NCBI GenBank assembly: GCA_044892525.1
Contig: CM097885.1
Coordinates: 52,268,001 to 52,332,000, forward strand
Source of the DNA: Schmidtea polychroa
Lineage: Eukaryota
Direction: 5' to 3'
Length of the DNA: 64,000 bases
The translations under genes were made by a program, and so were the position numbers. Shown in pieces: positions 28,744-42,934 of this stretch. Every line of letters starts with the position of its first letter. Position 1 is the stretch's first letter. The notes beneath the pieces are model-generated. The model made no database searches. It worked only from the letters and a program-made list of their open reading frames with translations, and was not told where the DNA came from.

Positions 28744-29385
28744 CAGTGCACCCTCGCCTTACGACCGCCCAGTTTTACGACATCGTTTTCTGGGGCCAAT
28801 CACGACCATGACTCACAATTACGACTAGCCTAGCCACGCATTCCCCCAGCCTACAATAGTTAGACCCTAACTTCAATGAAAGTATAATGATTCATTTTGT
28901 AAAAAATTACTAAACATTCATGTTTTCAATCACAATACTACCGAATATTATTAAGTATTTTGTTTATTTTTAATATTTATTAATAAGTGAATAATATTTA
29001 AAATACAAACAATATTTCTTTCTTAAAAAAAATTTAAACTACAATTTTATTTAATTACATTAAATTAATATGTGAACACTTACGCACTTATGATTACAGC
29101 ATGTAGTTGTAAATATAATAATCTTTATGATTTAATCACAAAATTTTTAATATGTGAACAATATGCGATTTATTGATGTATTTACTATCTAAAGTGTTAT
29201 TAGTGATTTTGTGTTACTTATAATCGCATTTAGTTGCATGAAATTAGATAGGCGAAATTCAAGACCTACGACGAATTAGCCATTTATAACATTGGGTCAA
29301 TGAGAAATAAGACCTCTCTTTACGACTGCTCACATTACGACTTCTCTTCAGCAACCAATTAGGTCGTAATTGCGGGGGTTTACTT
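28744..29385. mobile_element. pogo/Tigger-type (Tc1-mariner) MITE
   Basis: TA|CAGTGCACCCTCGCCTTACGACC ... GGTCGTAATTGCGGGGGTTTACTT|TA, with repeated TTACGAC subterminal motifs. Confidence 0.8.
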
Positions 29386-30079
29386 TATATCTTCATACTT
29401 TTTTTTTGTTTTTTTTATTTGAAATTTTTTTCTTAAATCTCATTCTTTATTATTAAAATTATATTTCAAGTTTATATTTCAAATCATTATTTTTGTTTAT
29501 TTCGCACAAATTTTCCGCACATTCTTATTCTACTGCTTAATTTACTCACTTTTACTAAATTCAATAATAAAAAAAGTGAAAAGTTCATTTGAATGCCTTA
29601 ATAAGAATTTACAAACAGTCAATTAAATAAATAGAGCATTTTACAAATTTTCAACAAGATGTTTAAATGCCTCTTAGATTATTTGCAATTACTTTGAGAG
29701 ATCGTAAATTGGATAAGCTATCTAGACTATCAACTATTAGAATTTTGTTTAAATTGAAAAAAAGATTTGTTTTAATGTAATTGAATTGAATTGAATTTTG
29801 TTTTTAAATTTTGAATTTATTAATAAATTTTAATTAAATCTAAACTTTGGAAGTAATCTTTTCGGTCATCATTCTGTCATTCGAAGTAATCTTTATAGTC
29901 TCCAAACATTTTTAATGCTTAGAAGGAGGAATTTATTTTTGGTGGCTATATTTTGTATTTGCATGATTTATCATATTTACAACTTAATATTTTCAGTGAA
30001 AATATTTCTTTATGGGGTAGTTGTTCATTTAGAGGCTTGCGGTATGTGTTTTACTATCAATTTATTAATTTTTTAACAT

Positions 30080-30150
30080 TTCAAGGGTCCGTCGGTACCA
30101 ATAAGATATATTTATGGGGTCCATAAGTTTGAAAAGGTTAAGAACCCCTG
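30080..30150. mobile_element. Right end of a Buster/Charlie-type hAT
   Basis: GGGGTCC...AAAAGGTTAAGAACCCCTG resembles the TIR at 49514-49532; the following 8-mer CGGTAGAG has a central TA. Confidence 0.6.
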
Positions 30151-30169
30151 CGGTAGAGGGATACTTGCC

Positions 30170-31500
30170 ACTGATTTTGAATAGTAGTTATGAAGACTAC
30201 TTTTGTGTATATTGGATTTTTCTTTTAATATTAACGTATTTTTGCAATGAATCCTTTTTATATACAGTATAGTCCTGTCAAAGCAAATATTGCTGCGCTT
30301 GCTGTCAAGATGTGGCCTCTAATCAGTAAAAAAGCACTATTTTGGCTTTTCATACTTTTCAACAATTTCCTCAAAATTGTGATCAGAAGAACCAAATACC
30401 AAAACAACTCCAGAAAGGAACGATCGCATTTGTCACAATAAGTTTCTCAATTGTGGAAATAGAATTAAAGCCAAGATAGCATAGATTGCGTGAGAATTCC
30501 ACTATGCATTACTTAAATTTGGATGTCGTCTAAATTTAGTGTAAGGAAATTCTCCGTTGCTGAGATAATAGCGATAGGTATATCCAACTTTGTTAGGCTT
30601 TAACTGTTTATAAATATTTTCTTAAGACATTCATTTTCATTTCCAATTTCATTGACAAATTCGTATGAAATATTTGGTAGAGAAAAGAGAGTCTCATTCA
30701 TCATATACTTCAAAATGCTGTAGACAGGCTACAACTTCATTTTTACTGTTAGTTTTCACCGTCGTTGTATTCTTGACGACACCTTTTTAATATTTTCTGC
30801 AGCTCATGTTAACATTTTTTTAATAATGTAACAACTACAGTTGTTAGTTGGTATTGTGGGGTAAAACGTTTATGTAGTTTTCATAATTTTCATCATCTTT
30901 AAAGTCTTTTCAGTTTTTTGAGTCACTAGCGAAGAAGAGAGCACTTGATTTAGGCCAGAAATCAGATATTAAGTCAATGCGTTCATTCTTCACTTAAAAC
31001 CAATGCTAATGAATGAATTTAGCCGTAGTCTAACATACTTTTACAAAATACGTATGACATTTATATAGGATAACTCCTTATCCTCCACACTTAACGACTT
31101 CACAAAAGTACGGGCAATTCCAAATATGTTCACAAGTGTTCTTTTTCTTTCCTTTTGTCAAGGTGCTTAAGAAATTTGTCTTGTTGATATTTTAAAAATA
31201 AATTTTATGACAACAAATTTACCCTTTTAGATTCACAAAGTTTCCATTTATCCAGCAATCAATTTAAATCTGGTTTTATAACACTTTTTGTTTCTTGCAA
31301 GATAATTGAATCTTCCATTAATAGCACTTATCGTAGGAGTTTCGTAATAATTTTCTAATGAATCTTCAACACTTGGAATGCTTTCTCTTTATTTAACATG
31401 CTTGTCAAATCTAACCGGATTATAGGTTCATACGGCAGTGTATTCATTAATATCATTACTTGATCGCTCATAGAAATCATAGAAATCCCGGAGTAACCAA
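30170..31500 (-). mobile_element. Decayed hAT-related (hATm-like) transposase
   Basis: Minus-strand relics in order: NTTTVKTNSKNEVVACLQ (DTTxxNTG-like), PNISYEFVNEI, FRRHPNLSNA*WNSHAIYAILALILFP (RW motif), RSNICFDRTI. Many stops; the 5' limit is approximate. Confidence 0.6.
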
Positions 31501-31601
31501 AAATTTGCATTAGTTCGACAAGGCAAATGAAATATAGGCCTATATTTATTTATAATTTACGCAGGCATATTTCACTTTGTAATTGTATATTATCTCTATA
31601 G

Positions 31602-31699
31602 CAGCGTTTCCTAAACTTTTTGACCAAAGCCCGGTACCAGATTTTAAAATATTTCTGCGAATCGGTGCCGGGTTGCGATCCACACTCTGGGAAACACTG
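31602..31699. mobile_element. 98-bp hAT MITE
   Basis: TIRs CAGCGTTTCCTAAACT / (revcomp) CAGTGTTTCCCAGAGT. Perfect 8-bp TSD CTCTATAG on both sides. Confidence 0.92.
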
Positions 31700-32882
31700 C
31701 TCTATAGTATTAATTATTACATAATATATTTCCAATGTATCAATAGACAATAATAGAAAGTTTATCGAGTAAAATTATAAATTTTGTTAAAGCTTTAATG
31801 GGTATTTCGAATTAATATTATACTTTGTCAAAATTTACTCTTTCTGACAAATCTGGCTTAAGAAATGAAATATAATTATAATATTTTTTGTTTTAATCTT
31901 TCAATATTCGAGCACTGAAACATTTGAAATTCCATTGAAGAGTGTAACATTTAGACCGAATTTTTTGATTATTTTTTATAATTTTATTAAATTTTTGTGA
32001 ACAAAAAAAAACAAAAAGTATTATAAATGAGATTTTTAGATTATTTCTATTATTGTAGGAATTGTGGTCTTATGAAATTATATAATTATATTTGTATGTT
32101 TTAATTGGTTGCAGATTTATATTAGGAGATTTGTGAGAGCCCAGCAGTCTCCTTTAAAATCTGTTTTGGAACTGCTGGGGTGCCTGTGTGTAGAATGCGT
32201 AAAATGAATTTGGTACAATAAAAATAAATATTTGCCCTTGAATAAATTAATAACGATAGAATTAAATTATTAACAACTTTATTCGGTTAATATAAAAAAT
32301 AAACCTTTGATCGCCCTGAATTCTTAGATATTATGGAGGACCAGATGTGTTCCCGAATTGGATATTCTCAATCTAATTTCTGGAATCTTAGTTGAATGTA
32401 GAATTGTATGATGTAATGAATGATATAATGAATGATTAAATGCGCTATTGGCATATATACAAAATGTTATAATTTCGGTCAATTTAGTTTTACTCCAGGT
32501 AATGAATGATAGCCAAATGTTTTCCTTTAATTGCCCCGAAATGTTCGATATAATGGAGGACAGATATATTCCTTATATTTTCGGTTTATATTTTCGAGTT
32601 TCTGTTTATTTCTTCTTTGATTATTACAATTTCTTCTCTTTGGTTTTTTCAAAGTTGTTTAGTTTTTTTTGAATTTGATTTTTTTAATTTTTAATATTTT
32701 TTTATCAATAATTCCATAACAATTATATCAATGTTAAATTATAATCATAATAACAATAATACTACAATAATTAACAACATTCATAACACAAATAAAAATA
32801 ATGCATACATTACACTCATTAAAACTTCCGCAAATAGGTCCTAATTTCAGTTAAATCATTACTTGAAGAATTCCATGCGAAA

Positions 32883-33047
32883 TCAGGTTAGATTATAATT
32901 TACAACGAAATGTCTGATTGACAGTATATAAACATCCCTAATAGTCAGCAAAGGTTTAAGGTTATCACAGATATACTTAGTGACAACATTGTTTAATAAA
33001 TTAAAATGAGAAAATTCAAGCAAGTCTTTAGTTTTATTATTTATCAT
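32883..33047 (-). CDS. 54-aa ORF of unknown function, abutting the upstream ORF
   Basis: Its ATG directly follows the TAA of 33048-33377 (TAAATG): MINNKTKDLLEFSHFNLLNNVVTKYICDNLKPLLTIRDVYILSIRHFVVNYNLT. Confidence 0.25.
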   Translation of the reverse strand: MINNKTKDLLEFSHFNLLNNVVTKYICDNLKPLLTIRDVYILSIRHFVVNYNLT

Positions 33048-33377
33048 TTACTTGAGTTTATAAGTCAACAAAACATGATCTCGAGTTTGACCATCTTTTG
33101 AAACCACGACGCCAAATTCTTCGATAATTCTCTGAGTGATGAAGCCATTAATAGAAATTTCGAAAGCATTATAACCTCTCCAAATTATCTCAATATGAAG
33201 AAATGGCGTAACGATAGCTTGATGATAGATTTGACGTGTGGGAATTATCTTTTGACTTTCAGCATATTGACATTTGACTTGAGTTGATTTTAAGAATTTC
33301 ATATAATCTGGCCAAATAGAAGAACTCTTTAAATCCAAACTCAATTTAATTACTTCATAATCATAATCTTGAGCCAT
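33048..33377 (-). CDS. 109-aa intronless ORF of unknown function inside an interspersed element
   Basis: ATG start, protein-like composition, less AT-rich than the flanks, ~335 bp downstream of the leader shared with 23813. Confidence 0.4.
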   Translation of the reverse strand: MAQDYDYEVIKLSLDLKSSSIWPDYMKFLKSTQVKCQYAESQKIIPTRQIYHQAIVTPFLHIEIIWRGYNAFEISINGFITQRIIEEFGVVVSKDGQTRDHVLLTYKLK

Positions 33378-33399
33378 TCTTTCTTTGAAACTTTTATAT

Positions 33400-33715
33400 T
33401 CAAATCTTGTTCTAAAAAATGTTATTTAAAACAAACTTTTAACCAAATTCCAGACAATTCGAAATAAATCCAAAATTCGAAGATGATAATAATCAATTCG
33501 ACAAATCACAATTCCAAAGAAAAATATACACATCAATTCTCCAAAAAAACATAACCACGCGCACACAGACGCTATAAAAACGACAAAAAAACGGCCCCGT
33601 TCGCGTTTGTGTGCTTGACACAATAACAATCACAATCTCACACAGACGAGAGGTCGAACTCACACAGCCAGCCAGAGGGAGAAGTCATTCCCCCTTTGAC
33701 TGGTCGAAACAATTG
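33400..33715 (-). mobile_element. Leader/terminal segment of the unclassified element family shared with 23813-23900
   Basis: Two clearly matching blocks, at ~33555-33580 and ~33665-33715. Confidence 0.6.
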
Positions 33716-34280
33716 TCTTTTTTAAATTTTCTTCAGGTAGCTCTTTCACATCATGAGAAAATTCTTCAGTACCACAGTGTAACTCATTTCCAGCTGCTCG
33801 GCAATCGCTGTATAATGATTCACTTTTAAAGGTTTCTCAATCTATTGATTCAAGTTGTAGAATGGCCATAAAGAGCACTCTGTATTACTCAAGTAATGAT
33901 AAAAAATAAAATCTTGAAGCTCGATCTTTAAAATGATTGGTTGATTACAAAATACTTTTCCTTTAAAATACAAAACGTATCGCTCAAATATTTCAAGAAA
34001 TATACCCATGCAACATCAATTATGCAATAATCTCGTAAAAAACCTTTCTTTTGTAAATATGACTTATAAAAACAAGAAATATCCAATATTGTCAGTTTTG
34101 AATGTTTTTTCATGGAATCTTTTGTAGTTTTTATGATTTTTTACGAATTTTTTAATAGTTTTATGTAGTTCAAATCAAAGAAAAACTAGGTCAAATACAC
34201 ATTCTATATAGTTTTATTAATAAAAAAGTATGTCAAATACATACGTACTATATAGTTTAATTAAATCAACTTTAAAAACA

Positions 34281-34952
34281 GGCCACCGCTGGATCAAGTA
34301 CAAACACACTCTATAATTTTAATATAAAATATATAGTAGTCATACACATACTTTTGTCGTAGAAAAACTGCCTGCACGCATGCACGTGTGTAATGGGCAA
34401 TAAATAGGGGGTAATTCAACAAATTTAAAGAATCTGAAATTTTTATAAAAATTATGCTGGTCAAATCGACTTTAAAAGTTAGAACACGTTTATAATATCC
34501 CAAAAACATTGCAACATGAACGCAAATCTTTAACAAAGATTATAAACAAAGTGCCGTTTTAGAAGCTTTGGATCAAGAATGGGAATCTTCTAGTGATTGA
34601 GGAATAAATGAAGATTCTCAAGTTAATATATACATTTTCTCAGATGTATTGAACAGACATTGAACAACATAAATATAATGATTTTCTAGATTTTACTGAT
34701 CATGGTGTAAAAATATAATGAAAACACCATATGGAGATGACGACTGTTCATGTATTAATCAATAAATCTTAAACTTAATTATATTTATTTGAAATAAAAC
34801 AACAAGAAATTTAAAAATTTATTATAAAGTTTATTACAAATATACAAAAATTTTTATATAACATCATTTTTTGGTGACCGACATAAAAATACTAGGAAAT
34901 TTAGAAAAAAAGAAAAACCCTCAGCGTGGGGGGTACTGATCCAGCGGTGGCC
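34281..34952. mobile_element. Non-autonomous TIR transposon, superfamily undetermined
   Basis: TIR GGCCACCGCTGGATCA(A)GTAC / GTACTGATCCAGCGGTGGCC. Flanks AACA/AACC. Confidence 0.85.
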
Positions 34953-37009
34953 AACCCATCTACTTCTTGCAACCAATAAAATAAACAGTTGACTCATTGA
35001 GTTGCCAAGATGCTAATTTATTAACGAGTGAGTGTTTTTTAATTTCTGTTTCACTTGATAGAATTGAATACTGATGACATTTCGAATTGGGTAACGGACA
35101 AATAATAGCTTGATGTTTTATATAATTTTATTTACAAAATTTCAGAACTTTTTCGAGAATTGATGATTTTTTGGGAAACGACATCAAAAAATGAAATTCA
35201 TAGAATAAGTACGTTAAAAAATTTAAAATTTCCAAATTCAAAACATCATCTGAGTCGGATAATGTTGCAGTCACCAAAACTGTTGAAACCTATACTCTTT
35301 CTGGAATTCTTCAAAGAAATATTAGCAATTTCCTTGAACCGATGAGGATGGTAAAAAAAAAGAATTAATTTCATCCAAGTCAACTGGAATTACGTCTCAA
35401 TATTGAAACTTTATCTCAGGATCTTTGGAAAGTATTCAGCCAATATCAACAGAAAATGAGCTCGTGTTCTCTTGAGCTGGAAATGAATTGACACTAAAAA
35501 GAGGATGTTTTAGCGACAAAAGTGTAAACGCAATATGTTTTTTTAAAAAAGTATTTTTTAAAATTATATTTGTTTTAATGAATTGTCAATTCTGCTATTT
35601 ATTATTTTTCATTTTATATTTATAATTATGATATAATACGTAAGAAAAATGAGTTTTATTTATATATTTAAGTTTTAGTTTTTGTTTTCTTTCTATGAAA
35701 ATCTGAAATAAATGTGAAATATAAAATATAAAATATTCTTATTTTTTCCTCACTATCATTTCTAAACATAAAAGAAAATTACAAAATCATTCTGTCGAGT
35801 AAAGTGATAAATACATAGAGGACTTTACTTTTATCATTATTTGATTTATTCAATGTTGGACTCGTAAACATATGTAACTTGTTTACAACAATGTAAAATC
35901 CAACGATTAGAAGAAAGAAGTTATCTGAATTTTTATTATCGAAAAAACAGTAAAATAATATCGAAATAATTTTGTCTCGGAAGTCCGTTATACTAAATAT
36001 TTATTTCTCAAACGCAAAATCTTTCAACTCAATCCACGCCACATCTAAAACAGAATCATATACCACGTATCAATGCATGTCAACGCAAAATTTTACAATT
36101 CTTTTTTAATAACCCAACATTGCATTTATTAAAGAGAAACTTTCTTTTGTTGAATTAATTTTTTCCGGAAAAAGTCATTATTAATTTATACAAATTACTT
36201 GTTTTCATTGATTCTTGACATATAATATATGGTCTATTTGAAGTAAAAAATAATTGAATACATATTTTATCTGACATGGTAAGAGGATTATGAATTAAAA
36301 ATGACATACAAACTAGAATTAATAACTAATTATGGACTAAATAAGTTCATATTTTTACTTATTTCAATTTATATACAATGTTAATAATACAATACAAAAT
36401 ATTAAATTTAAAATTAAGTATAATCTTTCCATACATTTCAAAAAAAACATTCTAAAATTGGACATTCCGAAAATTACCAAAAATGTTGCATCCCGTAATT
36501 TATTAAAAATAATTTTATAAGTAACACACTGTTGAAAAAATAATTTGAAAAATGAAAATAATAATTAATAATAAAACAAATTAAAACAAATTAAAGCAAA
36601 TAATCGAAATTGAAGTTCGAAATTGTTTTACATTTTACTTCATGAACACTTGATTATGGTAATTATTTTAAATAAAGAATTTGCATATATAAAATAAGGA
36701 AATGAAACTCTTTGAATTTATCAGATAATTCCTAAGCTGTCATTTGATACTGAGAATTTGAGGAATTTCCAAATGTAATAAAATACCTTGTCTTATTTGT
36801 TAATTTGTTTTTTCATGCTATTCTCCGAGAGCATTTATTCAAATTCTCATTTCAACTATGCTTCACTGGCAATCATTACAAAGGAATTATAATTTCCATA
36901 CATAAAAAGAAAATTAAAAAATAGCGAATATTAAATAAAGAAATGAGTTTTCTATCTTTAACAATCATTTTATTAAATTTTTCTTTTGAAAACATTTCGT
37001 GTTATTATG

Positions 37010-37048
<39 letters not shown>

Positions 37049-37411
37049 TTTTTTTTAATTTTATTATTAATATTATTATTAATATTATTATTATTAGCGT
37101 ATTTATTTATTTATTTTTTCATGAAATAATGTTGATATTTTCAAAGTTTTGTTGTTTTAACAGATTTGTTTGTTTTTTCAACAAATCAAAAATGGACTGA
37201 CAATATAGACATTTGATTGACACTGTAATTGTCACATTTTGCGATTTCAAATATAATTGATATTCTGGTGCATTTCCTCCACTCATTTTAGAAGGCAATC
37301 ATCAGTGACAGGTTAAATGTTAATGAAAACCACTACAAAATATTAAATCATTGTAAAAATTAATAACATCGTTATGAATTAATTAATATTTATGACTCCA
37401 AACCTTAATTG

Positions 37412-37560
<149 letters not shown>

Positions 37561-38837
37561 TAATTTATAATTTTGTTGTTTTATTTTAGTTCAATTTTTC
37601 AAAATTTAAACAGAAACAAGAACATCAAATATGTAAGTTAAATTAAAATGTTTTCACTGATATTTAAATATTCATAGACTTTTATAATCAAAAAGCCACT
37701 TCGACAATCGCAATAACCCTTTTTAATAGCTTTGTTAGAAGGCGCCTCAATAATTTTATTTTTAAGTTTATATTTAAAACTTTATTGTAATTAACACTTT
37801 TAAATCGGTAAAATTTTGTATAAACGAAAATATTCAAATTGACTTTACTTATTACCTGGATATGGTACTTTGACTAATACTTTTTTACTTAGATCTTGTT
37901 TAACTTCATTGTTTACTTTACTTTCCGTCCGCCTTTTATCCCAATAATATTTTACAATTTCATCTATCAGTTTATAGTAATTTGTGATTTAATATCCTTC
38001 ATGTCTATTTTTGGAGTTTCATTTCGATATCGTTCATTTTGGAATCCGAAGTGTTAAGCAATTCAAAACTATTTACAATAAAATGGTATATAATAAATCA
38101 TTTTAAATAGATTTTGGATAATTTTAAATATATTATTGCATAACCACATAACATATATGTTGAAAGAATGAAGAAAAATGAAATTGTATATGATGATCAT
38201 TTTTTAAATTAATAGCTTAATTAAAAAATGTTAATCAATAAAATAAATTATAAATTAATTCTCAAATAAATGGGAAATTTAACTTTACCTAATGAATTAA
38301 ATTACAGGATCAAATTGATAAATTGCATACACAAATTCCTATCTCTGAAACTTTTCGACCACACGATATAAATCAAGTAGATAAAATTAAAATCAAAAAG
38401 ATTAAAATAAAGTTTTATTTTTTTTAGTATTTAAGGGACTTCTATTGATTTATTATGAAAGATTAATATTTTTGTATAAATTTTTAGTTCATATGAAATA
38501 TGAAATTTAAAACATTTTTTTTAAAATATCATATTATTTTTTCATTGAATTAAATATATGGTATTCAATAATTATTAAAAGAAAATTTATAAAAAATTTT
38601 AAATTTTAACATTACTTTTAAATTTTAAATAACATCACAACATATTTATTTCAATGTTATCTGAAAATCATATTTTTCTATCCAATGATAAATTATTTAT
38701 TTAATTTCACTAAGTATTTTTTAAAAGCATGTTACGTCATGTTAAATATGAAATATTACTCCCAATTTAAACGAATGCCCTTATTTTATTGACACAAGGA
38801 AATCACAACGTTTTTTAAATTCTATTTTTATGACAAA

Positions 38838-39768
38838 TGTTGAGGTCTGTAAATTTAAATAAATTTAAATGAAATTTAGGTTAATAATTTAAATAAAAAG
38901 TAAGTGAAGAAAAAAGACAAATGAAAGCGTGATCATGCACAGAATTGATAGTAAAGGAAAGTGTGGTAGAAGCAGTATTAGAAAATGCCAAAAGCAATTG
39001 CGGAAGGCAAGAATCCGGAAATCCGAGAAAAGTCAATAAATTGTAAAATCATCGAAATCGAATTGGGAAAACGGGACAGGTATAGATTACCTAATGGTCA
39101 ACAAGATGATGAATAGGGATTTATCAGAAAATGGTTAGGAAGGATCGAAAAGCATTCAAATGTGTAAAAACAGAAAACGTTAATTAATTAATTAATTGGC
39201 TAATGGGAAACCCGAGTCAATGGAGAACCCGAGTGATGAAGGAAACCCGAGCTGGGTAAACAAGAAAAAAATTAAACAGAAGGAAGATTTGGGCCCATTC
39301 GCTTGGCATAATGACTAATTGAAAAAGAGCAAGGAGAAGATTGTGCGTGTAGAAAGGCCGGACGGGCCATTAATTATCTTTGTTCGTTGGACCATTACGG
39401 GTGATTCTTCTAACCCCAGCTAGGGTTAGAAGAAACCGAGTTAGGAATAGGTAGAAACGAGTTAAGGAGATTAGGGAAAAGAAGATATAGAATAGGAATA
39501 CGGAAAGGTGATAAAGAATCAAATCAAACAGAAAAAGAGGAAAACGTGGGTCAAGAGAATCTAAAGAAATAAAAGGTGAAAATTATCTATTTGCAAAGCA
39601 CCAACGCCGTGCTGAGAATCGGTCAAATGTAACTTTGATTATTGATTGTAAATTGAGGAGAAAAGATTGTGAACTTTTTTATTTTAATATACGTTGGGTC
39701 GTTATTGTTTTGATTTAAAGGACACGAGGAGTCAGAGGTAACCGACTTAAATTAACCAAAACCCAACA
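38838..39768. mobile_element. Solo LTR (931 bp) of a second retrotransposon
   Basis: Starts TGTTGAGG, ends CCCAACA. 4-bp TSD CAAA (38834-38837, 39769-39772). Removing it restores the host LTR. Confidence 0.88.
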
Positions 39769-39804
39769 CAAAATCTGCATATTAAAATAAATTTAATTAT
39801 GCAA

Positions 39805-42260
39805 TTACATCTCCACGTGATTTTCATCTTCATTCTCGATAAAACTGATTTCAAAATCATCAAGATATCGAGGGCTTTTCGTCCTGCCTCTACGTTCATA
39901 TCGGCGCAGTGAGTTGAGTATAGGATTGTCTACGTCTGTTAATCCATCATCGTCGTTGTTCTCCACTGACGCTCGTTGACAGCCGGTCGTATGTGTCTTC
40001 TCTTCTGTATAACAAGTCCCAACTCCTTTCCAGCAATATGAAAACACGGATGAAGACGGCGGCGTTCCGCACTTGTCATTGGGTGCTAGGTTATACCAAT
40101 ATTCCATTTTCAATATTACCTTGTTGGTTCTTGCTGTCATGCGTTTAATTGTACGATGGTTCCGTTCTATTATGCCGTTTCCTGATGGCCGATAAGCACA
40201 TCGAAACACACATTTCACACCCCATTTGCGACACAGTACTTTCATCTGTGTCGACTGAAATGATGTCGCATTATCAATCAACAGCTTATCATTGGAACCT
40301 CGTTCTCTAAAGATCTGTTCAAGATTCCGTGTAATGGTCTCCGCGTCTTCACCTCTTATTTCTCTCCACAGAGCAAAACGACCCGGTCCACAATCAATCA
40401 TAGTTAAATAAAGCCAGTCTCTTCCACGTCTCCTTAACGCTTAACTCTCCATGCTCCCATTTTACAGGCGCCGGATCGATAGATTGACATTCTGAACATT
40501 CACTAATTATAGCCTTTACATCCTCAAGTGTAACGTCCGGGCAAAGTTGATTTGCAAAATACAACGTCTTCTTGGCACCGAAATGGTGCTGTCTATGACT
40601 TTCTCGTAACACTTGGCTCACAACAGCAACGGTGCTTGCAGTTGGTTCGACACACGATTTTACCCATGTCAGCCATTTATTACTGACTCTTGTGAGTGCA
40701 TCTGCTTTGTTTTTATCTGTCGGGAAAATCTCAACCGAGATCGTTAAGTCATAGCTTTTTCGTAATTCACAAATGATCTGCAGACGTCTTCGGACTAGCA
40801 TCTCAGCAATACCATGAGTTCAGATTCTGGTAGTATCCGTTAAAACTGAATTTATCCAACTCCTGACGGTAGCGGAATCTGTTACTACAGCTAAGTTGTT
40901 TCTTCCACAGCGTCTAACTCTGCAAGGTTTATATGAGCAAAATCGTTTTTCTTCCTCATCCATGATGCATCTTCGACGATTTTTCCTGATATTTCTAACG
41001 CAATTCCTAATGCCAGATTGCTAGCATCGCACAAGACAATCGTAGATCCGACCTTGTTTACTCACCAATCACGGGATCGCTCTCTTTCACACGATACATC
41101 ATTTCGATAACCATTTTTAACGCGATTTTTCCAATCGTATCATACCGCTTACTTCCAGCACTGTGTCGTTTTATATAGCTACTTGCTACTCTTAACCATC
41201 CAGCCTAGCACTTTTGCATCATCAAACTCTTCCGGTGGCTTTGTAATTAGCCCGTATGCTGCTTAATGGCTTATTACTTCATTGACGTTTATTCTTGACT
41301 GGTTGACATTAATGTCATCAATATAACTATCCGTTGCTTTCCTGATATCTTCTCTTAAACTCAGTACCTTCCGTAATATTGTTGACATTATTTTCGGAGC
41401 CACATTTAAACCAAAACCGAGTCTCGTTAGAAAGTATCCGTTCCCTTTGTAACTAACCCTTTGGTGCTCCCATAGGTCTTCATCAACATGTATCTGAAGA
41501 TAGGCATTTTTAAGATCAATTAACATAACCTGTTCGTCCATCATTCGCCATCGCCTTAATGATTCGCCATATACATCACTTTGACCAGTATGGCTACTAG
41601 CATATTTATTTAGTTCTCGAAAATCCATTACTGGACGAACTTTTCCTTTGTTTGCTTGCTCTACTGCCAATAACGGAATTTTTCCATACACGACGCCTTT
41701 CGTTGGAATTAGCCATCCTTCTTGAATCCACCGTTCAACCTCCGTGTCAAACTTGTGCTGCAACCCTGGATCGATTTTATAATTTGAAATTCTATTTAAT
41801 AGTACAGCTGGTTCTGCTTTCCATTTCCACTTCACCGTCCACTTGCCGTCACTGAATGCTGCCGAAAAATCACCATCTTCAATTCGCAAATTCTCAGCCA
41901 CGCACCATACGTTTGCAATACCTGGAAAAGATACACCGGTCTTGTCAATTTTAAGACCTCCCAGCATCCCTATTACGTCCATTCCTAAAATCATTTCAAC
42001 ATTAAGTGGTAGTTTCATCAACGAAACACAATTAACACTCAATAAACTACCACCAACAATCAGCTGAACTTTCACATCACACATACACTTACTAGCGATC
42101 CATCCGCAGTCATGATACTCCCATTCCGTATAAATCGTTTATTCGCAATTCTGGCTGACACAACTGATTTGGAACATCCCGAGTCGATCAATGCTTTCAC
42201 GGACTCCCCACTGATTATGACTTTAATAAACTTCAGCACCATTATATTTGTCCTAGAGTA
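39805..42260 (-). pseudogene. pol: Gypsy pol (protease, RT, RNase H, integrase), frameshifted
   Basis: ALIDSGC (protease); DFRELN, LIDLKNAYLQI, RLGFGLNVAP, SYIDD (RT); LCDAS and NKADALTR (RNase H); HRQHHFG..CSEC, LIDNATSF, NGIIERNHRTIK (integrase). Split over several frames. Confidence 0.93.
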
Positions 42261-42934
42261 GACGCTGGCGCACGCGCTACTCCTTTGGCATTTCCCGATT
42301 CTGAATCCCTGGTACACTCCTTTGCAATGTAGCCCTCTTCTGCACATAGCCAACACTTCTTTCCTTGTTTCTTGAAACAACGTTCTCCTAGATGGCCATT
42401 CTTTCCGCAATACGAGCATTTCTTTTTCTTGTCTTGTTTTCCCACAACAACCGAACACAGTTCCATATTGTCACAGTTTACTAAGACACGAGACTGTTTC
42501 AAGACCTCAACAAGAGACAGCTGCTGAATAGTGGTATTGGATCGTAACTGTTGTGACAACACTGCTGGCAAACCCATTATGAATGCGCTTTTAATTATGA
42601 TCTCGTTATCTATCTTGGCCAGAGATGCTAAGTTTTTGAGATTATCCAAATAGAGATCTACTGGCTCATTGCACCACTTTCTTTCACGGAATCGGTCATA
42701 TGCTTGGAACATATCTATCGAATAGACATCGATCAAGGCCTGTTCGATCTTCAATGCGTTGCCTTTGTCTTCCGATCTCAAATGCTGATATACTGCAAAA
42801 GCTGGTACATCTAGATATAAAGGAATTATTGATTCCAACTCCACGATTTTTTGAATTTTTGCCACTAACTTCACTTTCTGAATCCACTATTGAACGTCAC
42901 CTTCTCCATTGAAAATAGGTATCATCTTGTTCAT
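42242..42934 (-). pseudogene. gag: Gypsy gag with two zinc knuckles
   Basis: ATG at 42934: MNKMIPIFNGEGDVQ*WIQKVKLVAK... with a premature TAG at 42887-42889; knuckles CSYCGKNGHLGERC and CWLCAEEGYIAKEC. Confidence 0.9.
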
